DNA of 64,000 bases, from the NCBI GenBank assembly GCA_965205015.1, contig OZ242029.1, positions 512,001-576,000 of the forward strand, given 5' to 3'. Below are positions 20,376 to 29,981 of the stretch, one piece after another. Below the pieces are notes generated by a model. It saw nothing but the letters and a program-made list of their open reading frames with translations, ran no database searches and was not told the DNA's origin. The translations under genes were made by a program, and so were the position numbers. Within the stretch, counting starts at the first letter, position 1. Each line of letters starts with the position of its first letter. This stretch comes from Candidatus Poribacteria bacterium. GTDB taxonomy: Bacteria; Poribacteria; WGA-4E; WGA-3G.

Positions 20376-21455
20376 ATGGATGCCCCGTTATCACTCATAG
20401 AGAAAAGTCTTTCGAGTTCTCTCAAACACGAGATTCGGCTCGCAAAATGCACGAATTTCAAGAAGAAACGTATCTTTCGCTGTTGGGTTGCAGATGGACC
20501 GAGTTCTTTGCCAGAGGTGTTTCTTGTCAAAATGGCAAGAAACACTAAACGTGAACCATATAACTCTAAATCGGATTGCGTCGGAAGCCCAGCTTGGAAA
20601 TTTTTCAATGAATGGGCTGCGCTTCAATTCTTAAGTGAAATTGATAACTCCCAGACAATCAGTCCCAAATTCATTGCGGGCGATGTTGCTCAGGGTCTCA
20701 TCGCGTTTGAGTATGTTTCAAAAGCACACTCACTCAGAGATATATTACGCAATGCCAACGCACACGAGCGAAGACATGGCCTATTGATTTACGCTCAGGC
20801 AATCGGGCGTATGCACGGAGCCACCTATGGTAGAAGAAACCAATGGCTCCGTTTGCGTACGAGTCTCGGAACATTCCCACAGACCGACCCAAGCGCATTT
20901 GATGGAATTCTCCGAACTTTTCGCAGGCTCGCGACATTTCTGGATCAACCCGTATCTGTCGCTGTTGAGACTGAGTTATCTGAATTAAAAGAGGTGCTTT
21001 CGGATGTCGAACCCTTTTCTGCCCTCAGACATGTGGACATCGCGCCCCAGAATTATCTATTGCTTAATGACGATGTAAAGATTGTTGACTTTGAATACAG
21101 TGATTACGGGCACTTTCTACTTGATGCCCCTTTCGGTCCTTCTTCTTTTCCAGTACGTTGGGAGTGTGATGACGCTCTGGCGAGAGAAATCGAAAATGTT
21201 TATCGGTCAGAATTATCCTCTGGTTTTCACGGAGCACTGGATGATGGTATTTATTACCAGGGAATACTGGTAGCGTGGATATATTGGTTGCTACGTCTTG
21301 GTCCCGTTCCCCGGACGCGTGGAAATACGATGAAAGGGATTGACTCGCTTGCATGTCGGTGTAAAGCGGTGGCGCGTCTGAGCCATGAAATTGAGTATCT
21401 ACCACAAATAGGACGTATATTTGCGCAAGTGGCAGCAGTTCACGACAGTCATTGA
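20376..21455 (+). CDS. APH/choline kinase-like phosphotransferase
   Basis: IGRMH, HVDIAPQN catalytic loop, IVDFE. Confidence 0.75.
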   Translation: MDAPLSLIEKSLSSSLKHEIRLAKCTNFKKKRIFRCWVADGPSSLPEVFLVKMARNTKREPYNSKSDCVGSPAWKFFNEWAALQFLSEIDNSQTISPKFIAGDVAQGLIAFEYVSKAHSLRDILRNANAHERRHGLLIYAQAIGRMHGATYGRRNQWLRLRTSLGTFPQTDPSAFDGILRTFRRLATFLDQPVSVAVETELSELKEVLSDVEPFSALRHVDIAPQNYLLLNDDVKIVDFEYSDYGHFLLDAPFGPSSFPVRWECDDALAREIENVYRSELSSGFHGALDDGIYYQGILVAWIYWLLRLGPVPRTRGNTMKGIDSLACRCKAVARLSHEIEYLPQIGRIFAQVAAVHDSH

Positions 21456-21599
21456 TGCTTCCAGATTCTTTCCATAATGTGTTTGCTGTCATTATTTTGT
21501 GACGCTTTCACAATTATTGGACCAAAATCGTATATATCCACGCTGTTTTCAACAAAACCTATGCAATAACGGAATCTATCTCGGGAGCTGCAACTAAAA

Positions 21600-22340
21600 A
21601 TGACAATTAATGGGATATTCTTTGACTTATACGGGACACTTTTGGTATACGGAAATATGGATGCTGCATGGTCTGATTGGTTAAAGACACTACATGCGCA
21701 GCTCAGGTCGCGCGGACTCACACTTTCCATGGAATCACTCGCTAAAACGTGCGATCAGTTTTATAGTAAAAGTGAGCCGACACCGCGCCAACACAATCTG
21801 ACGGTGTTTGAACAACGTATTCAGAACCTCTGCTTCGATTTAGAACTGAATCTTACCGCTGAAGATATAAAAATGATAGCAAACAGAGTCGCCAATGCCT
21901 GGCAAAAACATATATCGCTCGATCCTGAAGCACACCATGTGCTGCAAACACTCCATCACTCCAAAAAACTTGCCCTCGTGTCTAATTTCGACCATCCACC
22001 ACACGTCCATTCGGTTCTCAGTGAATTTGGCCTTACACCCTATTTTGATTCGGTTGTTATTTCCGCTGAAGTGGGGGTCAAGAAACCCGATCCGCGGATA
22101 TTTGACGCCGCACTTGAGCAGACTGGCATTAAACCCGAAGAAACCATTTATGTCGGAGACACAGAAGACGATACCAAAGCCGCCCGCGCTGCGGGTATTG
22201 TTCCAATACACATACAAAGAGATAACGAAGGTAATGCCTTTGACTTCAGCGTCAATACACACAATTTACAGCAAGAGATATTCACACGTGATGTGAGGAC
22301 AATAACCAAACTCTCTGAACTTCTAACATCGTTCCTTTAA
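21600..22340 (+). CDS. HAD family hydrolase
   Basis: FFDLYGTL, VSN, KKPD, YVGD...D. Confidence 0.9.
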   Translation: MTINGIFFDLYGTLLVYGNMDAAWSDWLKTLHAQLRSRGLTLSMESLAKTCDQFYSKSEPTPRQHNLTVFEQRIQNLCFDLELNLTAEDIKMIANRVANAWQKHISLDPEAHHVLQTLHHSKKLALVSNFDHPPHVHSVLSEFGLTPYFDSVVISAEVGVKKPDPRIFDAALEQTGIKPEETIYVGDTEDDTKAARAAGIVPIHIQRDNEGNAFDFSVNTHNLQQEIFTRDVRTITKLSELLTSFL

Positions 22341-22376
22341 ACCCTACACCCCTATATTCCAGACAATGGGAAGATC

Positions 22377-23192
22377 ATGAAACAAAAATACTTCTACCAC
22401 GAACATCTGGCGGATTACGCCGAGTTGAAGGCAAAGGGGCTCCTGTCAAGGGGAGAACTTTACGGGAACCCCAATGATTTCAGTGATTTTTCCTCCAAAT
22501 CCTTCTTAATAGAGACCTTATCACGTTTAGACCTCAAACCCGATGCCCGAGTGCTTGAACTCGGATGCGGGACAGGTCCAGTAGCATGTTTTTTAGCGAA
22601 ATTGGGCTACCAAGTGCATGGGATTGATGTTATCCCCGATGCCATTGATAAAGCCAAAGCGATCGCTGCCGAGCAGTGTTTAGCCATTCAGTATGAGGTG
22701 TTAGATGTCTGCCAACTTTCACGCCAAGGCAAGCCCTACCAACTCATTATTGATAGCTTCTGCTCACAAGGCATCGTTACGGATCCAGATCGGGTTGCGA
22801 TGTTTTCAGGAATCAAGTCTCGGCTCGCCAAGAACGGCTACTTTTTGATGAGCTGCAGTGTTTTTGAGCCCGATCGAGAAGACCCCGAAACACAGATCGT
22901 CGATAACACAACAGGGAAAGTTTACACCCGCTTTGACAAGGACGCGCTTTGGGACAGCGATACGGAAATATGCTACAGTCGATTCTATCGGGACCCTTTC
23001 AGACCCAGCGTCGGCCCGGAAGACTATGAAGGGACAATTTGTGTGAATGACGTTTGGTACATCCATAAGCGGTGTTACCGGTCTCCTGAAAATCTGCGGT
23101 TAGAACTCGAGCGTCATGGCTTCACGGTTCTTGAGCAGAGCGGTGAGGTAACCGAGAACGCCATCTGTGTCCATCAGACTGCCTATTCATAG
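22377..23192 (+). CDS. Class I SAM-dependent methyltransferase
   Basis: VLELGCGTG, GIDV. Confidence 0.9.
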   Translation: MKQKYFYHEHLADYAELKAKGLLSRGELYGNPNDFSDFSSKSFLIETLSRLDLKPDARVLELGCGTGPVACFLAKLGYQVHGIDVIPDAIDKAKAIAAEQCLAIQYEVLDVCQLSRQGKPYQLIIDSFCSQGIVTDPDRVAMFSGIKSRLAKNGYFLMSCSVFEPDREDPETQIVDNTTGKVYTRFDKDALWDSDTEICYSRFYRDPFRPSVGPEDYEGTICVNDVWYIHKRCYRSPENLRLELERHGFTVLEQSGEVTENAICVHQTAYS

Positions 23193-23386
23193 GCGATGGC
23201 AATAGTGATGAACTTCGAGGTGCAGCTCAGGTTGGGATGTTGCCGTTTTGCGCCGCGTGGTTTCTCCGTCGGCACACAAACTTGCTCGGAGAAGATATTG
23301 TGATGCGTCGATCGGCAGGCTATCCAGTCTTGTATCATCCATCAGAATTGGTTGATCGGGTGCGGGGCATTTGTGCTGCCTGTTAA
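23171..23386 (+). pseudogene. C-terminal fragment of a HAD hydrolase
   Basis: Translates PSDCLFIGDGNSDELRGAAQVGMLPFCAAWF..., homologous to the 48510 HAD (YFVGDGGYDELQGAVSVGM...AAWY); no N-terminal half. Confidence 0.75.
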
Positions 23387-23657
23387 CGATGTTGTTCGAG
23401 ATTTCAACAAACTATACACTTCAGTTTTTCTGTCTTTCCAAAATCCTCTCTCTTTCTCCAGAATTATGCAACCATTTCCCCTTAACGCGCGCCATATATA
23501 ATGCAAGTTGGTTCGTTGGGTTTCGTTGAATTTATTACGTAAATAAGGTTCCTGAAAATCGAAATTTCCCATATAAATTGGCGGGTTCTTGGTCTTCACT
23601 GCTCCGCCCAACCTACATTCCTGTCTAAAGATATAGAAACACGAACGGAGATAATAT

Positions 23658-24029
23658 ATGAGAAGCAGACTTTACACGATGCTGATGCCTATTTTGAAAG
23701 TAAAAGACTTGGATGCTGAAGTAGCGTTTTATCTATCGTTGGGATTTGAACTCTCTTACGATGATGAAGACTTCAAAGCAATACAGTATGGGGATGATAT
23801 TGAGTTTGGACTTGGTCGCAAAAGCGATGCCAACGTTGAAGTCGTATCTCAACACTTTACTTGGCAGATTGCCGTAAACAGTGTCCAAGAAGTTTTAGAT
23901 ATTTGTGGTGAGAAAAATCTTGAGGTAGTGCAAGGTCTAAAAAAGTACACCTACGATTTTGGTGATGTCTGCACAATTATAGTGAGGTCCCCTAATGGAT
24001 ATAACGTTGTTTTTGAAGGTGACTTGTAA
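23658..24029 (+). CDS. VOC/glyoxalase family protein, copy 1
   Basis: PILKVKDL...FY..LGF, SPNGY.V.F; paralog of 29258. Confidence 0.85.
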   Translation: MRSRLYTMLMPILKVKDLDAEVAFYLSLGFELSYDDEDFKAIQYGDDIEFGLGRKSDANVEVVSQHFTWQIAVNSVQEVLDICGEKNLEVVQGLKKYTYDFGDVCTIIVRSPNGYNVVFEGDL

Positions 24030-24130
24030 TGGCTCACACAAATTGAAGAGTAACACATAAAATATGAAGCGAAAACGTCCGATAAGAGTGTTTATCGGGC
24101 ATTTTCAAGCAGTTCAATTTTACTTTTAAT

Positions 24131-24213
24131 AGGACTTAACCGCACCAGTTTTGTGTCAGTCAGTGTTCCGATTTTCCGTAGATAGGTATGCCTTTCAATT
24201 TTCCATAAGTCCT
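24131..24213. mobile_element. Putative MITE with AGGACTTA/TAAGTCCT terminal inverted repeats
   Basis: Perfect 8-bp inverted termini enclosing ~83 bp of non-coding DNA upstream of a sigma gene. Confidence 0.5.
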
Positions 24214-24279
24214 GATTCACTTGAATTTTATGCCGACTTCTTGAATCTCACCGTGAAAATCTACTCTCGGAGGTGTCGG

Positions 24280-26439
24280 ATGAGAGATAATGATGCCGAA
24301 TTAATTCGTCGCACGCTCGCAGGCGATGAAACCGCTTTCACAATGCTCGTGAACAAATATCGTAAATATGTGCACACGCTCGCATGGCACAAAATCGGCG
24401 ATTTCCATATCGCTGAAGATATTACGCAGGAAACCTTTCTACAAGTCTATAGAGATCTGGCAACCCTGAGAGAACCGGATCGGTTCCCGGGGTGGTTGTA
24501 TGTGGTTACAAACCATCGCTGCATTGCATGGTTTCGTAAGAATCGACTGCATGTCCGATTGGTGGAGGGCATTAACATGACGATGAAGGGAGAAACAGCA
24601 TATTCCCGATATGTGGCAGACGAACAGGCAAAAACCGCGACTGAAGCACAGCAAAAAGTCGTTAAACAGTTGCTTGCCAAGTTACAAGAGAGCGAACGGA
24701 CCGTGATGACTCTGTATTACTTTGGAGAAATGACGTGTGAAGAAATTAGTAAGTTTTTGGGGGTATCTGTAAATACAATTAAGAGTCGGCTCAGTCGAGC
24801 ACGCCAACGTTTGAAGAAGGAAGAACCTATAATTCGGGAGGCGTTAGATAGTTTTCAACTGTCCGCACATCTAACCGAAAACATCGTGCGGGAGATCGCG
24901 CATATTAAACCCGTTGCCCCGTCCCGGGGTAAGCCGTTAGTGCCGTTAGTGCCGTGGGCAATTGCTCTCTCAACTGTAACGGTGATATTACTGATGATAG
25001 GTATCGGCAACCAATATCTTCTTCATTTTCAACATCCATATAGTTTTGAAGCGGAATCGGAACATACTATTGAAATCGTTGACGCACCTATCGTTCTTAA
25101 TATGAATTCAAAACCGAATGTCCGGAGCCTGGCAGGGCGGTCTCTGGCTAAAGATAAAAACGACACTATGGGTTCGCAGACCTCTGAAACGCTTTTGGCC
25201 TCTACTACCGGAGAGGATTCCGTGCCGAATCAGACAAACATAGAACTTTGCACGCAAAATTTAATCGCGATTGGCAAGGCGATTGAAACTTATAAAAAAG
25301 AACACAACGATTTCCCTGGGTGGCTCTCAGAGCTGTACCCCAAATACTTGGTAGATTCAAACGTCCTGACCTGTCCTGCGGATAAACACGGTGGGAAGGC
25401 AGGTCGTCCTTGGAACAGAGACCCGAAAATGTCGGTGAGTTATGACTATCAGTTCTACCCCGAATATCGAGGCAAGAAAAGTGAACAACGCATAGTGTAT
25501 GGTGATGTCATGCCGCTTATCCGTTGTCGACATCACGCGAATGAAGATTTGCATGTTTTGAACTTAAGCTTCTCTTATACAATTTACAAGTCATCCGTGA
25601 ATTGGGAATATACGCCGGAAGATATGTATGGTAGCCATGAAGGGGCTATCGCTGCCTTTGAAGAAACACTTGAACGACACCCGAATGATATGCGTTTTTT
25701 CTCTCTCTATCCGGGACTGGCCCGTCTCTACGTCAAAACTGGGGACGAATCGGCGGCGGATGTATTTATTGAGCAGTTGAAGTCAGCCATGAAACTCGAA
25801 ATTCCAAGTTATCCTACCCTGTGGCACCTGTGGAACATACTTGTGATGATGGAACGATATGAGGATATGCTTGAGATTTTCACGGAAGCCGAGCAGCAGT
25901 ATCCACGTGAGAGATTCATTCTTGAGAAACTTTCCTTCATCCACGAGAGGTTAGGCAATACTGAACTCGCCGAAGCGTATGGTCGTAAGTTTGATCCGAG
26001 ATACGAATTGCTCGGAATGCCTGTCCCTGGCTTTTCTACGACCGACCTTGATGGGAATCCGATTTCGCTTCGGGACTATTGTGGAAAAGTTGTTTTGCTC
26101 GATTTCTGGATGTTGTGGTCTCCGCCGTCTGTTGTGGAAATGCCGGATATTAAGAAGATTTATGATACCTATAAAGATGAGGGATTTGACATTATCGGTG
26201 TCAATCTTGATGATGAAGAAGTGATACTACAAAACCACGTTAAAGAGAACGGGATCCCTTGGCGACAGATTTTCGACCAAGGGGCTGGCGAGAATTCACT
26301 TGCGCAACAATATGGCATCGGCGACATTCCCGAAATGTGGCTCATTGATAGGGAAGGCAGATTAATTACACATAAAGCGAGAAGGGCGGATTTAGAGAGA
26401 CTCGTCGCAGCGGCAGTGAAGGCTCAACCCCGATACTAA
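24280..26439 (+). CDS. ECF sigma factor fused to TM, pilin/DUF1559-like, TPR-like and TlpA thioredoxin-like (SxxS) domains
   Basis: Sigma regions 2 and 4, conserved linker, CTQNLIAIGKAIETY...L.P.YL...CPAD, helical repeats, GKVVLLDFWMLWSPPS...EMP. ATG after GGAGG. Confidence 0.88.
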   Translation: MRDNDAELIRRTLAGDETAFTMLVNKYRKYVHTLAWHKIGDFHIAEDITQETFLQVYRDLATLREPDRFPGWLYVVTNHRCIAWFRKNRLHVRLVEGINMTMKGETAYSRYVADEQAKTATEAQQKVVKQLLAKLQESERTVMTLYYFGEMTCEEISKFLGVSVNTIKSRLSRARQRLKKEEPIIREALDSFQLSAHLTENIVREIAHIKPVAPSRGKPLVPLVPWAIALSTVTVILLMIGIGNQYLLHFQHPYSFEAESEHTIEIVDAPIVLNMNSKPNVRSLAGRSLAKDKNDTMGSQTSETLLASTTGEDSVPNQTNIELCTQNLIAIGKAIETYKKEHNDFPGWLSELYPKYLVDSNVLTCPADKHGGKAGRPWNRDPKMSVSYDYQFYPEYRGKKSEQRIVYGDVMPLIRCRHHANEDLHVLNLSFSYTIYKSSVNWEYTPEDMYGSHEGAIAAFEETLERHPNDMRFFSLYPGLARLYVKTGDESAADVFIEQLKSAMKLEIPSYPTLWHLWNILVMMERYEDMLEIFTEAEQQYPRERFILEKLSFIHERLGNTELAEAYGRKFDPRYELLGMPVPGFSTTDLDGNPISLRDYCGKVVLLDFWMLWSPPSVVEMPDIKKIYDTYKDEGFDIIGVNLDDEEVILQNHVKENGIPWRQIFDQGAGENSLAQQYGIGDIPEMWLIDREGRLITHKARRADLERLVAAAVKAQPRY

Positions 26440-26477
26440 TCCAGAGATGTTTTGCATGATTTTTGGACACTTTACAG

Positions 26478-27299
26478 ATGGGACACTTCAGAAAATTTTG
26501 GACACGCTTCAGAATTTATACGAGATTTAGCAAAATCCGTTTTATTGATCGACTCAGCTACCGCGCCCATTTTTTCTTGGTCTTAACGGAGTATCTTCTG
26601 ATAATAATCGTCAATTATTTCCTCTGGAAGGCAATCTTGGCGGACGGCCGGACGATTCGCGGGTATGCCTTAGACGACATGGTCACATACGTAGCGATTG
26701 CCGGCGTGTTTCGGTTTATTATCAATGAGCTTTCTGGGGGAATTTCTCGTGAGATGAGCGGGCAGTATCATAGTGGGGAACTCATTATGAATCTCTTGAA
26801 GCCTGTGGGTTACCAACTCTATATCTACTTTCGGGCGTTTGGCGGAATTCTCTTTCAGCTTCTTTTCAGAGGTGCCACCGTCTTAACGATCTGGGCGTTA
26901 TTGGTCGGATTGACGCCTCCCGATAGTCCAGCAACATTTATCGTCAGTTTGGCATTGGGGGTTTTGATTTACGCTGGAATCGCTTTTCTGGTGGGTCTCA
27001 CGACTTTTCACATAGAAAATAATGCGGGTGTTCTCTTTGCTACGACCGCGAGTATTGAACTGCTATCGGGGACACTGGTACCCTTGGCAATGTTTCCGAA
27101 CTGGGTCGCTTCAATATTAGATTACCTACCGTTCAAAATGATTTTCTACATACCGATGCAGATCTATTTGGGTCGATTGGGCGTCGAAGAGACGGTCAGC
27201 GCGTTAATTGTCCAAGCAATTTGGGCATCGACCTTATCCACAGCAGGCTTCTTTTTCTTCAAGACTTCGGTGCGAAAACTGACCATACAAGGAGGTTAA
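26478..27299 (+). CDS. ABC-2 type exporter permease (ABC2_membrane_6-like)
   Basis: YRA..., SGEL...LLKP, LSGTLVPL.MFP, ends IQGG. Confidence 0.88.
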   Translation: MGHFRKFWTRFRIYTRFSKIRFIDRLSYRAHFFLVLTEYLLIIIVNYFLWKAILADGRTIRGYALDDMVTYVAIAGVFRFIINELSGGISREMSGQYHSGELIMNLLKPVGYQLYIYFRAFGGILFQLLFRGATVLTIWALLVGLTPPDSPATFIVSLALGVLIYAGIAFLVGLTTFHIENNAGVLFATTASIELLSGTLVPLAMFPNWVASILDYLPFKMIFYIPMQIYLGRLGVEETVSALIVQAIWASTLSTAGFFFFKTSVRKLTIQGG

Positions 27300-27304
27300 A
27301 CTTT

Positions 27305-28114
27305 ATGTCGATGCCTCGGATCCTCTTTTATGGGAAAATCTATCTTCGTTATTTTGGACAGTATTTCAAAGGGAGGCTCGCCTATCGGTCGGATATTCTG
27401 ATTCAGATGGTGTTTGCGCTCTCGACTCAGATCACTTCTCTGGTTTTTATTCTTATAATCTTCAACCATATTCCGGATATCAATGGCTGGAGCTATGGGG
27501 AAATTCTTTTTATCTATGGGTTTGCCCAAACCTCAATTGCGTTGTTTTCGATGTTCTTTTCAAATCTCATTCAATTGGGACGTTTTTACATCCTTGATGG
27601 GAATTTCGACCGCGTGTTGCTGCGTCCATTGCCACCTCTATTCCAGATTATCATTGAACGATTGGACATCGGTTCGTTTTCCACCTTGGCGATGGGGATC
27701 GGTGCGTTATTATACGCTGCGGTGAAGTTAAATATGTCATTATCTGCCGTTGAGTATTTCATTTTTCTCGGACTGGTACTTTCAGCCACGCTCATCTTTG
27801 CGGGGTTGGTGCTCATTTTGGTGAGTTTAACGTTCTGGATAAAGGACCCAACAGGCGCACTCGCTTGGCCCTTGATGACTGTCCGCGAATTCGCGAAATA
27901 CCCGATTACCATTTACAGTCCGGCATTGCAAGTGTTCCTGAGTTGGATATTGCCTTTGGCATTTACTTCGTTTTATCCTGCAACGCTCTTTTTAGACAGA
28001 CAGGATTATATGCTTTATGCATACCTAACCCCTGTTATTGCCCTTCTGACTTGGGGAATGGGGACTCTGATATGGAATTTGGGAGTGCGAAGGTACGAAA
28101 GTTCGGGTTCTTAA
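27305..28114 (+). CDS. ABC-2 type exporter permease (ABC2_membrane_6-like)
   Basis: INGWS, GNFDRVLLRP, KYPITIY, ends RYESSGS. Confidence 0.88.
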   Translation: MSMPRILFYGKIYLRYFGQYFKGRLAYRSDILIQMVFALSTQITSLVFILIIFNHIPDINGWSYGEILFIYGFAQTSIALFSMFFSNLIQLGRFYILDGNFDRVLLRPLPPLFQIIIERLDIGSFSTLAMGIGALLYAAVKLNMSLSAVEYFIFLGLVLSATLIFAGLVLILVSLTFWIKDPTGALAWPLMTVREFAKYPITIYSPALQVFLSWILPLAFTSFYPATLFLDRQDYMLYAYLTPVIALLTWGMGTLIWNLGVRRYESSGS

Positions 28115-28133
28115 TGATGGGGAGGCGTTTCTG

Positions 28134-29126
28134 ATGGCTTTAATAGAGGTCCAAAACCTAACCAAAAGTTATAAAACCTTCAAGCGGAAGGAAGGATTAA
28201 AAGGTGCTTTCATCAACCTTTTTAAAAGGGACTACGAATCCGTTCAAGCAGTAGATAACATCAGTTTTCATGTCGAGCCGGGAGAAATTCTGGGGTACAT
28301 CGGACCCAACGGTGCTGGTAAATCAACGACGATTAAAATCCTAACAGGAATCCTCACCCCAACGGACGGAAAAGTGGCGGTGAACGGACTTGTGCCTTAC
28401 AAGCAGAGACAACAACATGTGAAAAATATTGGTGTCGTTTTTGGACAACGCACGCAGTTATGGTGGGATATAGCTGTCATTGAAGCGTTTACGCTTCTCA
28501 GAGACATCTATGAAGTCAGCAAAACGGATTTCCAAGAACAGTTAAAAAAGTTTGATGAGGTGTTAGGTATCGGTCCCTTACTTCACATCCCTGTCCGAAA
28601 GTTAAGCCTCGGACAGCGGGTGCGGTGCGATATTGCTGCGTCTTTATTACATAATCCGCCCGTTGTTTTTCTGGATGAACCCACGATCGGACTTGATGTC
28701 GCGGTGAAATCGAATATTCGGGAATTCATTAAAGAGATGAATGCGAGTCTTGGAACGACTATGATCCTAACGACGCACGACCTCAGTGACATTGAGTACC
28801 TCTGCCAAAGGAGCCTTATCATCGATCAAGGGAAGATCATCTTTGATGGCGACCTACAACAAGCAAAAGATGAATTAGCGAGGAAACGAAAAATTCAGGT
28901 CGATCTTTATGAACGCTTTGATATAGAGAGCATCCGTGAGCAACTGAAGATTGCTAAACTCGAATTCACAAAGCGAAATGATTACTCTCTAACGATTTCT
29001 TTTGACAAAGATGAGATCTCAGCAGTCGATATTATTCAAAAAGTCTTGGACCGTCTTCATCCGCGTGACATAAAGATTGAGGAACCCACGATCGAAACTG
29101 TTGTAAAGGAAATATACAACAAATGA
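28134..29126 (+). CDS. ABC exporter ATP-binding protein
   Basis: GPNGAGKST, FGQRTQLWWD, LSLGQ, LDEPT, TTH. Confidence 0.95.
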   Translation: MALIEVQNLTKSYKTFKRKEGLKGAFINLFKRDYESVQAVDNISFHVEPGEILGYIGPNGAGKSTTIKILTGILTPTDGKVAVNGLVPYKQRQQHVKNIGVVFGQRTQLWWDIAVIEAFTLLRDIYEVSKTDFQEQLKKFDEVLGIGPLLHIPVRKLSLGQRVRCDIAASLLHNPPVVFLDEPTIGLDVAVKSNIREFIKEMNASLGTTMILTTHDLSDIEYLCQRSLIIDQGKIIFDGDLQQAKDELARKRKIQVDLYERFDIESIREQLKIAKLEFTKRNDYSLTISFDKDEISAVDIIQKVLDRLHPRDIKIEEPTIETVVKEIYNK

Positions 29127-29257
29127 CATGATTTTTTGCTCAACTTTTTGTGAAATGTGTTATTCTTTTTACAAGGGATTGTGGAGCGGGGCGGTTAAAA
29201 GGGTTGCCCACTCGTTCCCACATCATTATCTAAAGCAATATCCTCGGTAGGTGATAT

Positions 29258-29629
29258 ATGAAAAGCAAACTTTACACAATGCTGATGCCAATTTTGAAAG
29301 TAAAAAACTTAGATGCTGAAGTGGAGTTTTATCGGTTGTTAGGATTTGAACTCTCTTACAATGGAGAGGACTTCAAGGCGATAAAGTATGCGGAGAACAT
29401 CGAGTTTGGTCTTGGTAGCAAAGACGATTTCAATATTGAACATATATCCCCATACTTCACGTGGCAAATTGCTGTAAACAGTGTCCAAGAAGTTTTAGAT
29501 ATCTGTCGTGAGAAGGATCTTGAAATAGTGCAGAATCTGAAGAAGTACACCTACGATTTTGGTGATGTCTGGATAATCATAGTGAAGTCCCCTAATGGAT
29601 ATGATGTTGTTTTCGAGGGTGATTTGTAG
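29258..29629 (+). CDS. VOC/glyoxalase family protein, copy 2
   Basis: Same length (123 aa) and collinear with 23658..24029. Confidence 0.85.
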   Translation: MKSKLYTMLMPILKVKNLDAEVEFYRLLGFELSYNGEDFKAIKYAENIEFGLGSKDDFNIEHISPYFTWQIAVNSVQEVLDICREKDLEIVQNLKKYTYDFGDVWIIIVKSPNGYDVVFEGDL

Positions 29630-29815
29630 ATAAAACAAAAATAATTTTACTATGAACATCTGACGGATCACGCCGAGATGTTTTCAGGAATCAAGTCTCG
29701 ACTCGCCAAGAACGGCTATTTTTTGATGAATTGCTGTGTTTTTGAACCCGATCGAGAAGATGCCAAAACACAGATTGTCAATAACGTCATAGGAAAAATT
29801 TACACCCGTTTTGAC
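29630..29815 (+). pseudogene. Decayed copy of the 22377 methyltransferase
   Basis: ATG changed to ATA, in-frame TAA at codon 5, codons 17-141 deleted, homology ends after YTRFD. Confidence 0.88.
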
Positions 29816-29915
29816 CAATGCTCCTTTCCTATCTTTCACCTGCTTTCTCAATACTTACGCGGGAAGTTGAAAAATGAGCGTTATTTGTAAAAAAAACGCA
29901 ATTTTTTTCCAAAGG

Positions 29916-29949
29916 TGCAACTTTTCGACCCCCAATTTTCGTCTTTAAT
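29916..29949 (+). promoter_or_regulatory. Putative ECF-type promoter
   Basis: TGCAAC-18 nt-CGTCTTTAAT upstream of sigma gene 29982; CGTCTTTAAT also occurs at 9222. Confidence 0.5.
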
Positions 29950-29981
29950 CACAGAAGAAAGATTTTTTATGGAGGTACCCC

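Noticed and set aside
24151-24279. N-terminal extension of the third sigma factor
   Set aside because: It runs through a MITE-like repeat; ATG 24280 has an RBS and aligns with the paralog starts.
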